Part shown: positions 1 through 24,473 of the stretch, piece by piece | How positions within the stretch are numbered: position 1 is the first letter of the stretch | Layout: each line of letters opens with the position of its first letter | Assembly (NCBI GenBank): GCA_012295275.1 | Contig: CM022670.1 | Coordinates: forward strand, 124,001 to 188,000 | Origin: Chrysomallon squamiferum | Lineage: Eukaryota; Animalia; Mollusca | Length of the DNA: 64,000 nucleotides | Direction of reading: 5' to 3' | Notes under the pieces: model-generated | Seen by the model: only the letters and a program-made list of their open reading frames with translations | The model's database searches: none | What the model was told of the DNA's origin: nothing | Program-made: the position numbers and the translations under genes

Positions 1-1218
1 TCCATGGAGATTTAATTGTGACAAAACTTGTTTACTGACTGCTGACATTTCAAGCAGCATGCTTGAATATTTCACTTAATTATATAAACTCACAGCCAGC
101 TCTTTATAATGCATTATAAAACTACATACCTCACACCAAACTGACCTTCTGACCTTCTGACCATTACTGATGGACATTATGATGTAACAACACAGATGGA
201 CAGTACTTGTGGGAATATTTTTCTTTATAAAGTAATGGTCCTAATACAACAGAATACAAAAATAAATTATTAAAGTAAGTAAATAAATACTCACTGTATT
301 GTTATAAATAAAGGTAAAGCAAATAAGTAGTACAAAATACAAAAATAAACAAAATGGACGGCATAAATAAAATACAAATGAGTAAACCTGCTCAAAAGAT
401 ATCACAGAAAACATGGACAATGAAATGAAAACAATGGTTTAAAATGATTAAAAAAATAATAATCTTCAAATGCTTATGTGTGAATGTTTTTCGTTTACTT
501 TCTGCAAGTGATTATTAAAAAAAAAAATTCAAAATGAAAATGTTTAGCTATTGTTACAAAATAGCATTGACATTTAATAATAATAATAACTTCTACAACA
601 ATAACTTAAATTTGGCACACTTATAATGAACAGACATTAATTTGTTTTGCTGTCAGCTGCTGATTGAATATCTCCCAAATGAAAAAACACTCTTTTCTTT
701 CAGACCAAAATAGAATTTTATTCTGGTCTTAGTCACCAACTAAATTTGTTTAAATTTGTTATGTAAAAAGAAATACAGTGCAAATTATTTTTTAAAATAA
801 GATTAAAATGAAGCAAGATTTTTAAAAAATGCCTGAATATAATTATATTCCTAATTTTTGATTTGACATTCAAATCAACATAAACAATGAAGTCTTGTTT
901 CCATTCCAGTAAAAATGGACTAAAATAACCTGAAGCCATGTCATTTGAAAGTAACATATTTCAGCTATCCATTAGAACTAATAATAAATAATCTATAGGG
1001 TTTGAAAGGAAAATATTAAATTTGTAAATAAATATATGTGCATATAATTATACAAATAAAGTTTTATGCAAAAAAAAAAATATATATATACAGATGTATA
1101 GATATAAACACAAACAGAAATTAGATTTAAAAGCTTTTGATTTCAAATAAAATGTCCTTTAACTATTTTTCTTTTAGTAGACAGAAAATGTATTAATACT
1201 GAAATAAGAGTGACTGTT

Positions 1219-1258
1219 TTTATTAAGGGGGAGTTCACGTAATTCTTTTATTTTTATT
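1219..1258 (-). terminator. Cluster of candidate proximal polyadenylation signals (AATAAA x3) for KIF3A
   Basis: Plus-strand tttatt at 1219-1224, 1247-1252 and 1253-1258, with another at 717-722. The hexamer is common in AT-rich DNA. Confidence 0.35.
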
Positions 1259-1588
1259 ATTATTATTACTAATGACAGCACTTTCTTACAGAATTATAGG
1301 AGAAAACATTAAAAGAAGAAATGAGGTGACAACAGATAATCAGTCACAACAAACAATTCATATGTGACTCAATCACAGGACAATTGAAACTGTTTTTGAG
1401 ATTTTTATCAACATACAGTTAAGAATATAACAGAAAACGTGCAACATTAAGTCTAGGGAGTGACGATGCTGCTGTCAACCAGGATGGACCAGTCACATGT
1501 TGGTGAAGCACTCGGCAATGTTGGCCTGCGCTTGTTCACACACTAAGATGACTTTGAACATAAACAAAGCCATGGCCCCCGACAACAG

Positions 1589-12821
<11,233 letters not shown>

Positions 12822-12859
12822 GGTTGTATTATAATTATTCTGAAAAGATTATTAAGTAA

Positions 12860-14150
12860 ATCGTCGAAAGTAAAATCAGCAGTAGCGGTATTAAACAAAT
12901 ATTTATGAACTGAAACGGCGATAATATTTACCAAATTGTTATTGGTTAAAAATCAAATGGGAGATAATCCTAAAAACATTTCAGGGATCATGTCAAAACG
13001 TCTCCGATTAATTTTCAGTGTCTTTATTAAAAAAAAAAAAAAATTATTTTTATTTTTAGAAACAAACAACTGTATTCATTACCATTAATTTATTCATACT
13101 GTATTAAATCATTTTTGTAAATTTTATTTTAATTTCATTTTTCCCCAAGTGTAGATTCTGTAGTATGTTCAATTCAGTACATTTTTATTTAGGGTTGTTT
13201 CCCTTGCACCATTTTTTTTTCGAAAATGTCTCCGTTGATACCGTTATAATTAGACTATTTACCTATTTCTCGTTTTTATCAGTTTTTTGTTGTTTTTAGC
13301 TTTTTTTTTTTTTTTTTTTTTTTTTGTAATAAAAAAAACCTGAATGCCGCTACTATCTCGACTATCAGCAGGATACATTTTGTAGATGTACTTTCCAAAC
13401 ACAGGAATGTACGTGTTCCTGCCATTGATAAATCTGATGTGCAGGGTACTGGTTTGAATGGGAATTTACCGAGTGGTACATTTATAAGGACTGATCCGTT
13501 TACCCAGTACATCCCTTTTCTATATTCTTATCCCGATCTTCTTGATGACCAAGCACACACATCAATTCAAATGGAAACTGTCTTAAATTCTTTCAGTTTA
13601 AAAAACTATTTAAAAATTCAAAACTTTACACGATACTTTACATTAAAATTGAATCACTTTGTATCAAAATTCAATTATCGTAGAGTGCTTTACCGCCACA
13701 ACGTTATGCCGTAGCATCCTGATTTTGCCACTCACAACATCTTACACTAATCAAGTTCAGAAATCACAAGTCAAACATCAATATTTTCCGTATTGACATT
13801 TATGCAATTTATATGATGGAAGGTGTGTTCCTCGGCCGGAGTTTCACTATTATTCATGAAGTAAATTAAACAATGTATTCTCTCGAACACGATCGGACTG
13901 GTCATGCACGTCGGTTTGCGCCACTTCTGCAAATAGCGGCTGTCGTTAATTACGTTACCGATTCTTGAGCTATAACAAATATTGGTTCAAGATTGTTATC
14001 TGATATCTCAAATAGAAAATCAATTTATTTAATTATTTTTTATTAAATTGTAGCAATTTATTTGATCAAGTGGAATTTCTGATAGGAAAATATCATATCT
14101 ATTGGAACGGGTTTTGGACGACGTCAAAATGTGTCAGACATTTTTCTTGC
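12860..14150. promoter_or_regulatory. CpG-retaining region upstream of KIF3A (promoter / 5' UTR region)
   Basis: Visibly more CG dinucleotides than the CpG-poor KIF3A introns; lies directly upstream of the ATG exon; two RFX X-box-like motifs at 13197-13210 and 13228-13241. Confidence 0.55.
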
Positions 14151-15207
14151 CAATTCTGTATTTTATTTATTTATTTTATTATTTTTATTTTTATATATAT
14201 ATATATATTTTATAATTATTATTATTTGCCATGATATCAAGATTTTGCAAGCGTGTTCCTGCAATTTAGTAAGTGTTTGTTTAAAATGGTAACAGTATGT
14301 TTCTTTTCTCACCAAGTTAAAAATAATTTTAAATTCATTAAATAACATTCTTTGTTCTTTCATTGTCAATATTTAAAACAAAATAGATTACTTGTAACAA
14401 ACTCAGATTGGTAATGTAATATATTTTTATTTTGTAATTACTTCAACTTAAATATTAACCAAAAATTCCAGTTCATACAAAACTTTGAATCTAAATTTTA
14501 ATTATTTAATTTACTAACCTAACAATTGATTTTTTTTTTGTATTTTTATGTTTTTATTATCTTCTAAAATTTAAAAAACACTATATGTAAATATGGTTGA
14601 AACCCCATTGTGTTGATATCACAGGAACCAGAAACAAATACTGACTTGAATAATATTATGTAGACAGTACTTTGTACAAAACCCCCCAACAAAAACACTT
14701 CTTAAATGTAGGTACAATTATTTTTATGAAATCATACAATTTCAATGCAGATTAATAATGAAAAATACATCAATTAATCAATCAATAAAATTAATCATTC
14801 ACACTGTCACTATGACTAGTTCTTGGCTATGCTACTGACATGCTAATTTAATTTAATAATCTGATCTTAATTTTAAAGAATAATTATTATTTGTATATAC
14901 AAAATATGTATATAATTTCTTATTGATAATTTATAGATCCTTGTAATTTGATCTCAGTATACAAATCACATAAATAAAATAAAATAAAATATTTTTAGTC
15001 TGTAGATTAATGAGAAGATATTTTAATATTTAATGTATCGAGGCTAACTCAATTAACTATATGCCATGACAGGCTCATCCATGCTCAAGGACAGAAAATA
15101 AAGCTGTGAGAATTGATCAATGTTTTAAAATAGGGAGGAGTCAACATTTGCCTGAAGTGTGCATTGTAATCACTTGGCTCTAAGAAAGCACTTTGAAAAA
15201 AATCAAA

Positions 15208-15242
<35 letters not shown>

Positions 15243-18200
15243 TGAAGCTCAGAGGTTATTCAGTATTGTAAGCATTATTTGTATGTACCAACAAGTTAAA
15301 AAAAAAGGTTAGCTTCTTATTTTTTTAAATTAAAATTTATTATTATTTTTATTGTAGTTTTTGAAGTTGTTATTTTATTTTATTTTTTTTTAATTCTTAA
15401 TTTTATAATTTTATAAAAAAAATTATTTAATTTTTTTAATTTAATTTTTTTTTTTTAATTTTTTAAATTTTTTTTTTTTTTTTTTTTATGATAGAGGGTG
15501 ATTTCATATTTGATTATTTTTTGATTAACATAAATATTTCAGTTAGCGCCTGTAATAGTTTTTCTTTAATATCATTATTTAATATTTTGATGTGTTATTT
15601 AACATTTAAGTTGTTACAAAATAAAGGAAGGAAACCAAACAAAATTTTTTTTTTTATTTATATTCTACAGTTAAATGGCAATATACATTTTTAAAAACAA
15701 TATACTGTAAGAGTACATCCAGTGGGTTGCTCAATTTTATTTTATTTTTTATTTTTATTGTTTTTGAAAATATGTTTTATTTTATTATTTTCTTGATCAT
15801 AATAAAATTTAATAATTATAATCAACTTCTTTTGATTTTTCATTGGAACAAGTATAATATTGAATTTAATTTTTATTAATAATACAAAAATTTCAGATAG
15901 AAAAATTGAATAGCTTGTAGAGTCAATCCTTTGCTGTTTTATTAATAATTTTTTAAAATTTAAAGTAATTTAAAAGCTAGAAGAATCAGCCCATTGAAGT
16001 TTTATTAATAAATTTAAAATTTAAAATAATCAAATTTAAAAAGCTGGTACACAGCACTTTTATCAGATGACAAGGTTGTGTCTCGTGTGAGTTACAGGGC
16101 ACATCTTTGTTACAGCTGTCAGCTAAGCCAAGCATTCCACTCCAGATATGTCATACAAAAATGGACAAGTTCTGTTTTCAAGTTGTTTCTCTTATTATCA
16201 CAGCAAACTGACTACTGACTCACCAGTTACATTAAGAGAAATGAATTTAAAAAAAAAAAAATAATGAAACAAAAAAAATGAATGTGAAATTTCATTGTTT
16301 TCCAAATTAGCCTGAAGCGTACAGCATATTGCCTTGGTGTTTTTGTGATTGTGTGTAGCAGTGGGTGGCCGGTGCTAACTGTTGTGGAGCCATTAGTGGC
16401 GTCAAAGAACAAAGCACTTAACTCGTCTCGACACTTTCGGAATATTGTATTTGGTGCAGAGATGGAATTTTTCAAATTTTATATAGCTAGAAAATTAATT
16501 ACATCATTCTTTTTTTCAGTGTGATCTTGCTGTTGATGATATTGTCATGGAAGCAGAAGTCAAAATTATGTGTTTTTTATTTTATAAACCAGATTAAATT
16601 CTTATTTTTATTGTTGTCATCATTACATTGTTCTCTGTATTTTAATTGCATAATCAGAAAAGAACACGAATTTAGTAATAATAAAATATTGGTAAAATAT
16701 TTTGTTTATGAAAATACTAACATTTACAGTTAATAATAAAATGTCAAATTGAAAAGGTCAGTTTTGTCACTGAATTCTTTAACACTTTTCAGATCTGCAA
16801 TAAATATCATTTCTCAAATGCTGATGTCATGTTTTTCTTGGAAATGGAATATTCAAATTTCAATTGACTTTTTAAATGGATTAATTCGAGTGTTAATACT
16901 GTTAATAAAAAAAACTAATCTGAATTTCATGAAAACATTTACTGACATTAATTCCCATTTAAGTTCATGAATTATCCTTTGTCTGAGTTTGTAGGAATTT
17001 TAGCAGACATAACCGTGTTAAATTGTTTTGTTAAGTGAAAAATGAGTTTTACTTGTTTCTGAAAACAGTTCTGGACATGTGACAAGATGAACAGGGAAAT
17101 AAATGTGTTGTGTTCTGAGAAATTAAGAAATACTTGAGTTTGATCAATGTTAATGATATTCCCAATGTCACATGTTTTATTAGATGAACATAAAGCTATT
17201 CGTGGCATTAAAGAGTGTTATTCTAATGGCTAAAAAACTAAAATTTGGGTGATTTTAAATTTTGAAAAATATATCAGTTTTTGTAATTGTTTCACTGATC
17301 TGAAAACAATTAATAATAGTTTCTGGATTGAATTTTAATAAAGAAATTCCTGTACATTCCATCTGTTTTATTATCATCGTTATCATCACAACCATTTTTG
17401 TTGTCATTACAATCATCATTTCATTATTATAAATGCACCACACACACACACACAAAACAAACAAACATACTGTAATAGATGTCCATGTATTTCTGGATAT
17501 ATATTAACTGACTAAACTTCAAGCCTATACCTCTGACACAATTAACTTGGAATTGGTTAAATTATCTTGATGTCCATCAGTATCATGAGAGAACAAAAAC
17601 CCAAGCTGTCTTGACAGAAATATTTTGTCAAACACAACATTTTCATCTGCAAGTCTCCTGATTGTACAAGTAATCCTTGCATGATATGACTGTCTTATAG
17701 AATCTACTGACTCTCCTCAGATCTCTGAATGTGATAAACCAAATGAACCAGTGAAAGTTTGTGATCATATTAAGATAAAAGTTTATTGGCAATAAGTGCA
17801 AGTCTGTGTGCAGTTAATTCATGAACTCTTAAAGATGGACTTGAGAGGACACTGGACAATCACTATAATGTAATAATACACTTGTTTTATATCCATCAAG
17901 TGCAGGATTTAATGAATGAAATAAAAACACAGCTGAAATTGGTTAACTGTTGTCCATGTCATTGTCCTATAACATGAATGGATTTGTATGTATGAACACA
18001 CAGGTACTCGTATGCATACAGATACTTTTACAAACATAGACACACACACACACATATGTACATACAGACACACAGATATATGTACATAAACACACATGCA
18101 CATATATAATAAGGCACATGCACAGACACACATACTTGCATGCAAATATACACACATACAGGTATAGTCACACTACAGGAATCAGCTGTATCTTTATAGT

Positions 18201-18389
18201 TATCTGAAAATCCAGTATATCAAATGGTTTTTCATTTGATTCTTTGGAAATGTGAATCCCAGTAAGAGTATTACAGTAAGTAAGATTAAACCCGTTTGAA
18301 TTCCTCTCATTCTGATAAAGGTCTGTTGAGCACTGAGGCTGAAATCAATTAAACAAAATTTCATTCATTAAACATCATAATATATATTT

Positions 18390-19090
18390 ATTGTGATTAC
18401 AAATCCACATATATTACATCCCTTTTTAATTTCCTAATTTAATGTTTCACTTCATCCAGAAAAATATATTTTCATTGACTATAGGTGTAAGGTTTCAATT
18501 AATGTAAATCCAGTATGTCATATCTTTTTTTTGGTATCCAAGGCATTGTGTATCACTAGATCTGGCTTGTCACATTATTTTTCAATTCTTCATGTATTAT
18601 TTTTCATATTTTTTCATTTACCCATGTTATATTTCTCTGAATCCAGAATAACAAAACCTTTTTTAAACTATTCCACTAGATCCACTATAACTTACCATTT
18701 TTCTCAAATCACCTCTTCTCCACATTATATTTCACTTAATTTGGTCTGCACATGTTTTTTTTCTTCAAAATTCCAGGTGTTGCAGTTCACCGTTTCCATA
18801 AAACCTTTTTTCAATGTTCCAGGTAAAATATTTCACTCAATCTGCTTCACATGCTTTTTAATTTTTTTAAATTCCCATAGCATTTGAGTAGAGCATGACG
18901 GAGACATTCAGAAGTGTTGCACCATTTTAGAATTATGACTGTAACAGATGTGTGCTTTGCCTGGATGTCAGTTCTCTGACACTTCAAAGCTGGAGCCATT
19001 GTCTCTGCTGCCAAAGTTTCCCCATCATTAGGCACTGTTTCCACATGACTACCTTGCAAATACAATTGATGTTCTGCAGGTCTCACTTTA
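18390..19090 (-). mobile_element. Possible highly decayed retroelement / integrase-type relic
   Basis: Purine-rich minus strand; stop-interrupted translation HTGFTLIETLHL*SMKIYFSG*SETLN*EIKKGCNICG loosely resembles an integrase H2C2 zinc-binding motif. Weak. Confidence 0.2.
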
Positions 19091-22000
19091 GATGGCTCAG
19101 TAGTTAGCCATGTTGATTATAGGATTAAAGAAATGATGTGATTTAAAAAAAAAAAAAAAAAAAATTAATTCACACAATAAATATATTTCAAATGAGATAA
19201 AAATAAGAATGTGAAATCTGAAAGAGGTTATGTTTTAGTTTGGGATGATGATTCTCCAATAGTAGTTTATGTGAAAAGAGACAGATAGGTATCTGAAATA
19301 ACCTCTTTCTGAAACACATGACTCACAAGAGCAATTTTTTTTTTCATGCATTGCACCATTTATTTTTTGCACATTTAATAGCAAATTTCTATACAGGTCT
19401 GAAATGATTAGGTTTTACAAGATTATTTGATTGTTTAAGCATCAACAAGCTTTATTCTATCAAGATAATTATGTGAGAGTGCCAGTCCTCCTACAGGAGT
19501 AACATATGATGTTGTACCATGCTATGATTGGTCTTATTTTATATTATTCAGATCTGTCCTTAACTGATCTTAAATGTTTTTAAGTAATGTTAACATTATT
19601 TTAGAAACATTTAAGAGCATTCCTCCTGCTAAGATATAGTTAACCATTCATCTATCTTATTTATTTTATATTATTCTCTTTTAAATAGTGATCCTCCAAT
19701 TTAGCTTGGGCATTTTCAGTATATGTTTATGCTGCATTACATTTTTTGGCATGCAATCCGTTTTCTCCACTCAGTGAAGACAGTTTTATTGTAATTAATG
19801 TGATGTAGGTAATCTTTAAGTCTATCTACTACATATTTTATTTTTCATGTTTTTTTTTAAAGAAACCAGTTTTTATAATATATTTTTAAACAATATTTCT
19901 ATGATACATTTATTTACTACAGCTCTATACATCATTTTTTATTTCAATTAATTATATTTTTGAATTTCAGAAACTCTGAATATACACCTTTATTTATGTT
20001 TTATTTGTTATATTTGTAAAAACCTGCTTTACTGTTTTCTTTGTGTTGGGGTGTCATTAAGCATTAATTCATTAAGAATCAGTACTACAATATAATTCAA
20101 TAAAGGTGGTAAATAAACTGAAAGAAGATATCTAAAAACCATTGTCAGAGATTTTAGAATGCAATAATAATGAGACCCTCAGGCATTTTACCAATTTTTG
20201 TATTTTATCCTGATTGGTGTTAAATACAATTTTCAGCCATCTGGAATGATAGCCATCTTAAAAATTTTAGCAACTATTTTAAACAGATATTCAGAACATT
20301 TATTTTTATTTAAAAAAAAAAAACAGTTAACAAACAAAAAATAATATAACTGACAAGGAAGGCCTCTAATACATATTTACCTTAAATATTTTAATCTTAA
20401 TTTTTAACTGCAATAAAATTTGGTTATAATGTTTTCTTAAAAACAAGATGAAAGCTGATCCAGTATGCAATGAGCGAATAGTTAATAGATGTCAAAGATT
20501 TCTTCTAATATACTGACTTGATAAATAAAATTGTGTGTGTGTGTGTGTGCAACATACTTAAAGGAAGCAGAATTTAGGGTGTACAGACAATACTTCACTG
20601 GACAAAATCTCACAATAAAGTGAGAAATAAGACAATTGCTGACTTTGTTTATCAGTAAAATTGTCTTTTAGGTTACAAGTGTGTAAATGGTTGGGTGGGA
20701 GTGGGAATCTTTGGTAAGTAAATGAAAAAACTAAATTAATTTTAAATTATATATATTTCCAAATCTTTTTTAAAGCTTTAATGGTCAAAGTGTTGTCTTG
20801 TAGAGTAGTGACAAAAGTAACTAATACATAAGTCTTAACGTTTGATCTACCTAAACCAACAATAATGTTTGAGTAGTTATCCTAAAATTATAATGTAATG
20901 TAATTGGTAATTAATATCTATACCTGAAACTCATTATGTGTCTTTGATGTTCATAGTCAGAAATAACTGCTTCCTTAAACAATTATAGAAGCCTCAAAAA
21001 CTTTAATTAAATTAATTGAATAATTAACACAACTTTCTAATACATATTTTTATTCTATTAGCTAATATATTCAGTAAATATGACAATATTTTCAAAGATT
21101 CAGATATATAATTTTTAAATAAATTTTAAGCATTCCAAAATATAATTATAACTTGTTAGTTTTTCAGAAACTATTCTATTTTTAGTAAAACTGTTTAATA
21201 ATTAATGTTAACAGTTATAATTTATAAATAAATTATATGAATTTCAAAATTTATCTTTAACCATGAATTTAAATTATACTTTTAATTAGTATAATATATG
21301 CAAAGTAGCTGCAATAATAATAAAAATAATAACAATAATAATAATAATAATAATAATAACAGTTTTCAATGATTTCTCTGTGAGCTTAAATTTATCTGAA
21401 ATGTTAAGCAGTAAAAGGGTTAATTCATCATTTATCCTGTGTAATCAGTCACCTCCTGTCTTTAAACAGGATGTCACAGTTAGGATTATAAGCGACAGAT
21501 CTCATCTTAATGCAATCAGGAAATCCATGGCCAAGGATGATAATTCTTGTTTTGTTTTGTCAAAGATTTTTTTTGATACTATCAGTCGAATATCTCGGGG
21601 GTAATTTCTTTTTTTTTTCTTTTTTTTTCATGAATTTACAATTAACAGCATGTAATTGCTTAGATAACAGACATGGATGGGACTATCTTTCCTTGTGGCT
21701 AAACAACAGAGTATTAACCCAAATTATTTCGGCTCTAATCCTTGGCAAGAAGCTTGCAATGATCTCAGCATTCGAGGAAATTCACGCTATCTGTCACTTG
21801 TGGTGGATATTCCATTTCAATTTATGTCAAATTGTTTCTTTTAAAGAAAATGTTTTCATTGTGTGTTGGTTTATCTGGGAAAATCTGTTAAGCTGTTTAG
21901 GTTGCAAAAATCATGATTAAATATCAACCATTATAACACAGATGATTATTATTATTATTTTTGTCTTTTCAGAAATTAATATTTGTTTGCCAGTTATTAA

Positions 22001-22887
22001 GTATTTTAAAGAAAGAACAAAATACATTCACCCAACAAATAAACTGCATAACATTTGTTACATGTCCAGTGAAAGGTAAATACCCAAACATCTCCATACC
22101 TAAACTTTCTATCATATAATGTTCAAAATATTAACTTTAAAGTAAATGTAAATTACATAAAATCTCATATAAAAATAATTAATTTTTTAAACATATAATG
22201 GTGGAAAAGTCAAATATATTAATATGCACATACATACACTCAGTTGGGTAGAGAGCAAAGTTTACATATATTGAAACTGAAAATAAATATACAAATAATA
22301 TGACTGAACATTTTTAATTATGCTTTATGACCTTTCCAGGTTTGTTGATGTATAATATTAATGTTAATTATTGTGGAATTCCGAATCCACAGAGAGTTTG
22401 ATAATGAGAGGTCACCATCTCTAACTGACTTGACAGAAGACAGAGGTGGAATAAACAATGTTAATTCTATTATACCACTGATTAGTGCACCCTTTAATGA
22501 TGTCAAAGTGAATATCATATGACAATTTCATTTTTCATTCTTTGCTTCCTCTTTCTAATTCCCTGAAGAAAAAAAAATAAATGATGAAATGAAGCTTTCC
22601 AGTCTGCAGAGATAACTTGACCTTTGTCGTGACCTTTTTCTGAGTTTTCTTTTCTGCTTTCTCATTATTCTTCATTAGTGGTTTTATTAAATAGGATTTA
22701 TTATAAACTCAACATGTCCTTTCAGCTTGTTAAATATCCCTTCTGTTAAAAACATTTTTTACTTGTAATTAATATTATTAATGACTTCAGTTGTTTAATG
22801 ATATAATACAATGCTTTGCAAAATTGTAAATGATTTTCACACTTGACATCTTCTTTTGGATGACCTTTTTTGACCAGTGATTGACTA

Positions 22888-23090
22888 AGCCATTGCTCAG
22901 TGGACTAGCATTTTCCTGAAACCTAACAGGTTGGAAGATCAGTCTCTTTCAGTCCTAATGAACTATTTTAAACATTCAAGTTGCAATTGCTGTGATATAT
23001 ATTATCCTGCTTTTAGTAAAATGCAAACTAATTATCCATTGCTGTTAACAGTTGTAGTCTTGTGGAAACAGATGGTTTCTTAGAATTTAA
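22888..23090 (+). mobile_element. Decayed tRNA-derived SINE-like copy
   Basis: A-box-like gctcagtggactagc and B-box-like gaagatcagtctc, followed by a body resembling the other copies in this window. Confidence 0.45.
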
Positions 23091-24440
23091 ACAAGAAAAC
23101 GTATGAAATAAGTATCCATTGTCTGCTAAAAAATAAAGAAAAAATATTAATTTTTCTAAATGATATTATGTATTTGCAAGCTTATTTATTTCACTAAGCA
23201 TTATCTCTAAACAAGTTAGTGTACCTATCTAAGTAAGCTATGTTTTCACTTTATACATTAATATAGTGTAATTTATAGCCAGAGTTGCATCCAATTCAAG
23301 AAACTTTTGTTGTAGTTGTTATTTTTTTTGTTTTACATCATGGATTGTTGTAATTTTTAAAATAAATATTTAAATAACATACGATATTTTAAATTTATTT
23401 ATTATTCTTTATAGATTAAACACTAAATTAAATAGTTAATTTCTGTTATATAATATTCCATTAATAAATAGTAATAATAATAAAATAATTAAAATATCAC
23501 TGCAACAAAACAAAAATAATAATAATAATATATGTAAAGTTCTGTTGGTCTGTTTGAAGGAGAAATTTTACATCGCTGTTTCTGTTGTTGTTTGTTTGGT
23601 CGGTTGAGTCTTTTTTTTTCTTTTTTTTTCTGATTTACATGTCATGTTTGTTCATCAGTGGTTTTTTTTCCCAATAACTGTTATGTCTTTTTAAGCTTCC
23701 CACTGGGAAAACAGACTGTTTTCCTTCTTTTCCATAAATTTGTTTCCTGACTTAATAATTGAAATGGAATTTTTCAGAATCCTGTTGGGGACAATTTAAC
23801 ACAATGGGCATTGTTCTCACCTTCCAGTTTTCTTTTCTTCAACTTCTATTTTTTCCTTTCGAAATTTTTTTTTTTTTTCCCTCTCCTTCAAAATTGCAAC
23901 TTTCAGTCTTGAATTATGACTCTCCCTGGAGAGAAATATAATTAGCAGTACAAGTAAATATTGCGTAGCATCATGAAAAGATTTAGCCAATTTTGGGACG
24001 TCTGCTATTGACGTTTTTGATCGTTATAAGAATTTCCTCGCTAGCTCCTGAACACCATAATATTCGTTGATTTGGAACAACAGTCATTGTTATTCAGATG
24101 AAGTTGTTTTTGGATGTGGGTCAGTAATAAATGTAGTTATTATTGTCTGGACACTGGAATTGGCTAGTGGACATTGCTGTATAATCTGTATAATTGTCTC
24201 TTTGATTACTATTGTAAATACTGCTTCAGAACTCATGGGGCATTATCTTTAGAGATCTAATGTTTAGGAAAACGATGGTGATGGATAGAAACTTTGTGGT
24301 TGAAATCTTCAAGGTTTAATTGTCTGGTGAATCAGAGTTTAAGAAATAAAACACTCTAATATTTTACTTACATGTGATATACAGGTGTAATCATGTGAAG
24401 TTACATTTAGAAATGCCAAACAGACCCCTACACACACACA

Positions 24441-24473
<33 letters not shown>

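Noticed and set aside
60-110. tcacagccagct as a possible plus-strand miR-2 gene
   Set aside because: No hairpin partner arm; better read as a target site on the minus-strand UTR.
1286-1588. UGA-rich hydrophobic frame as a mitochondrial insertion (UGA=Trp)
   Set aside because: Translation with the invertebrate mitochondrial code resembles no mitochondrial protein I recognise.
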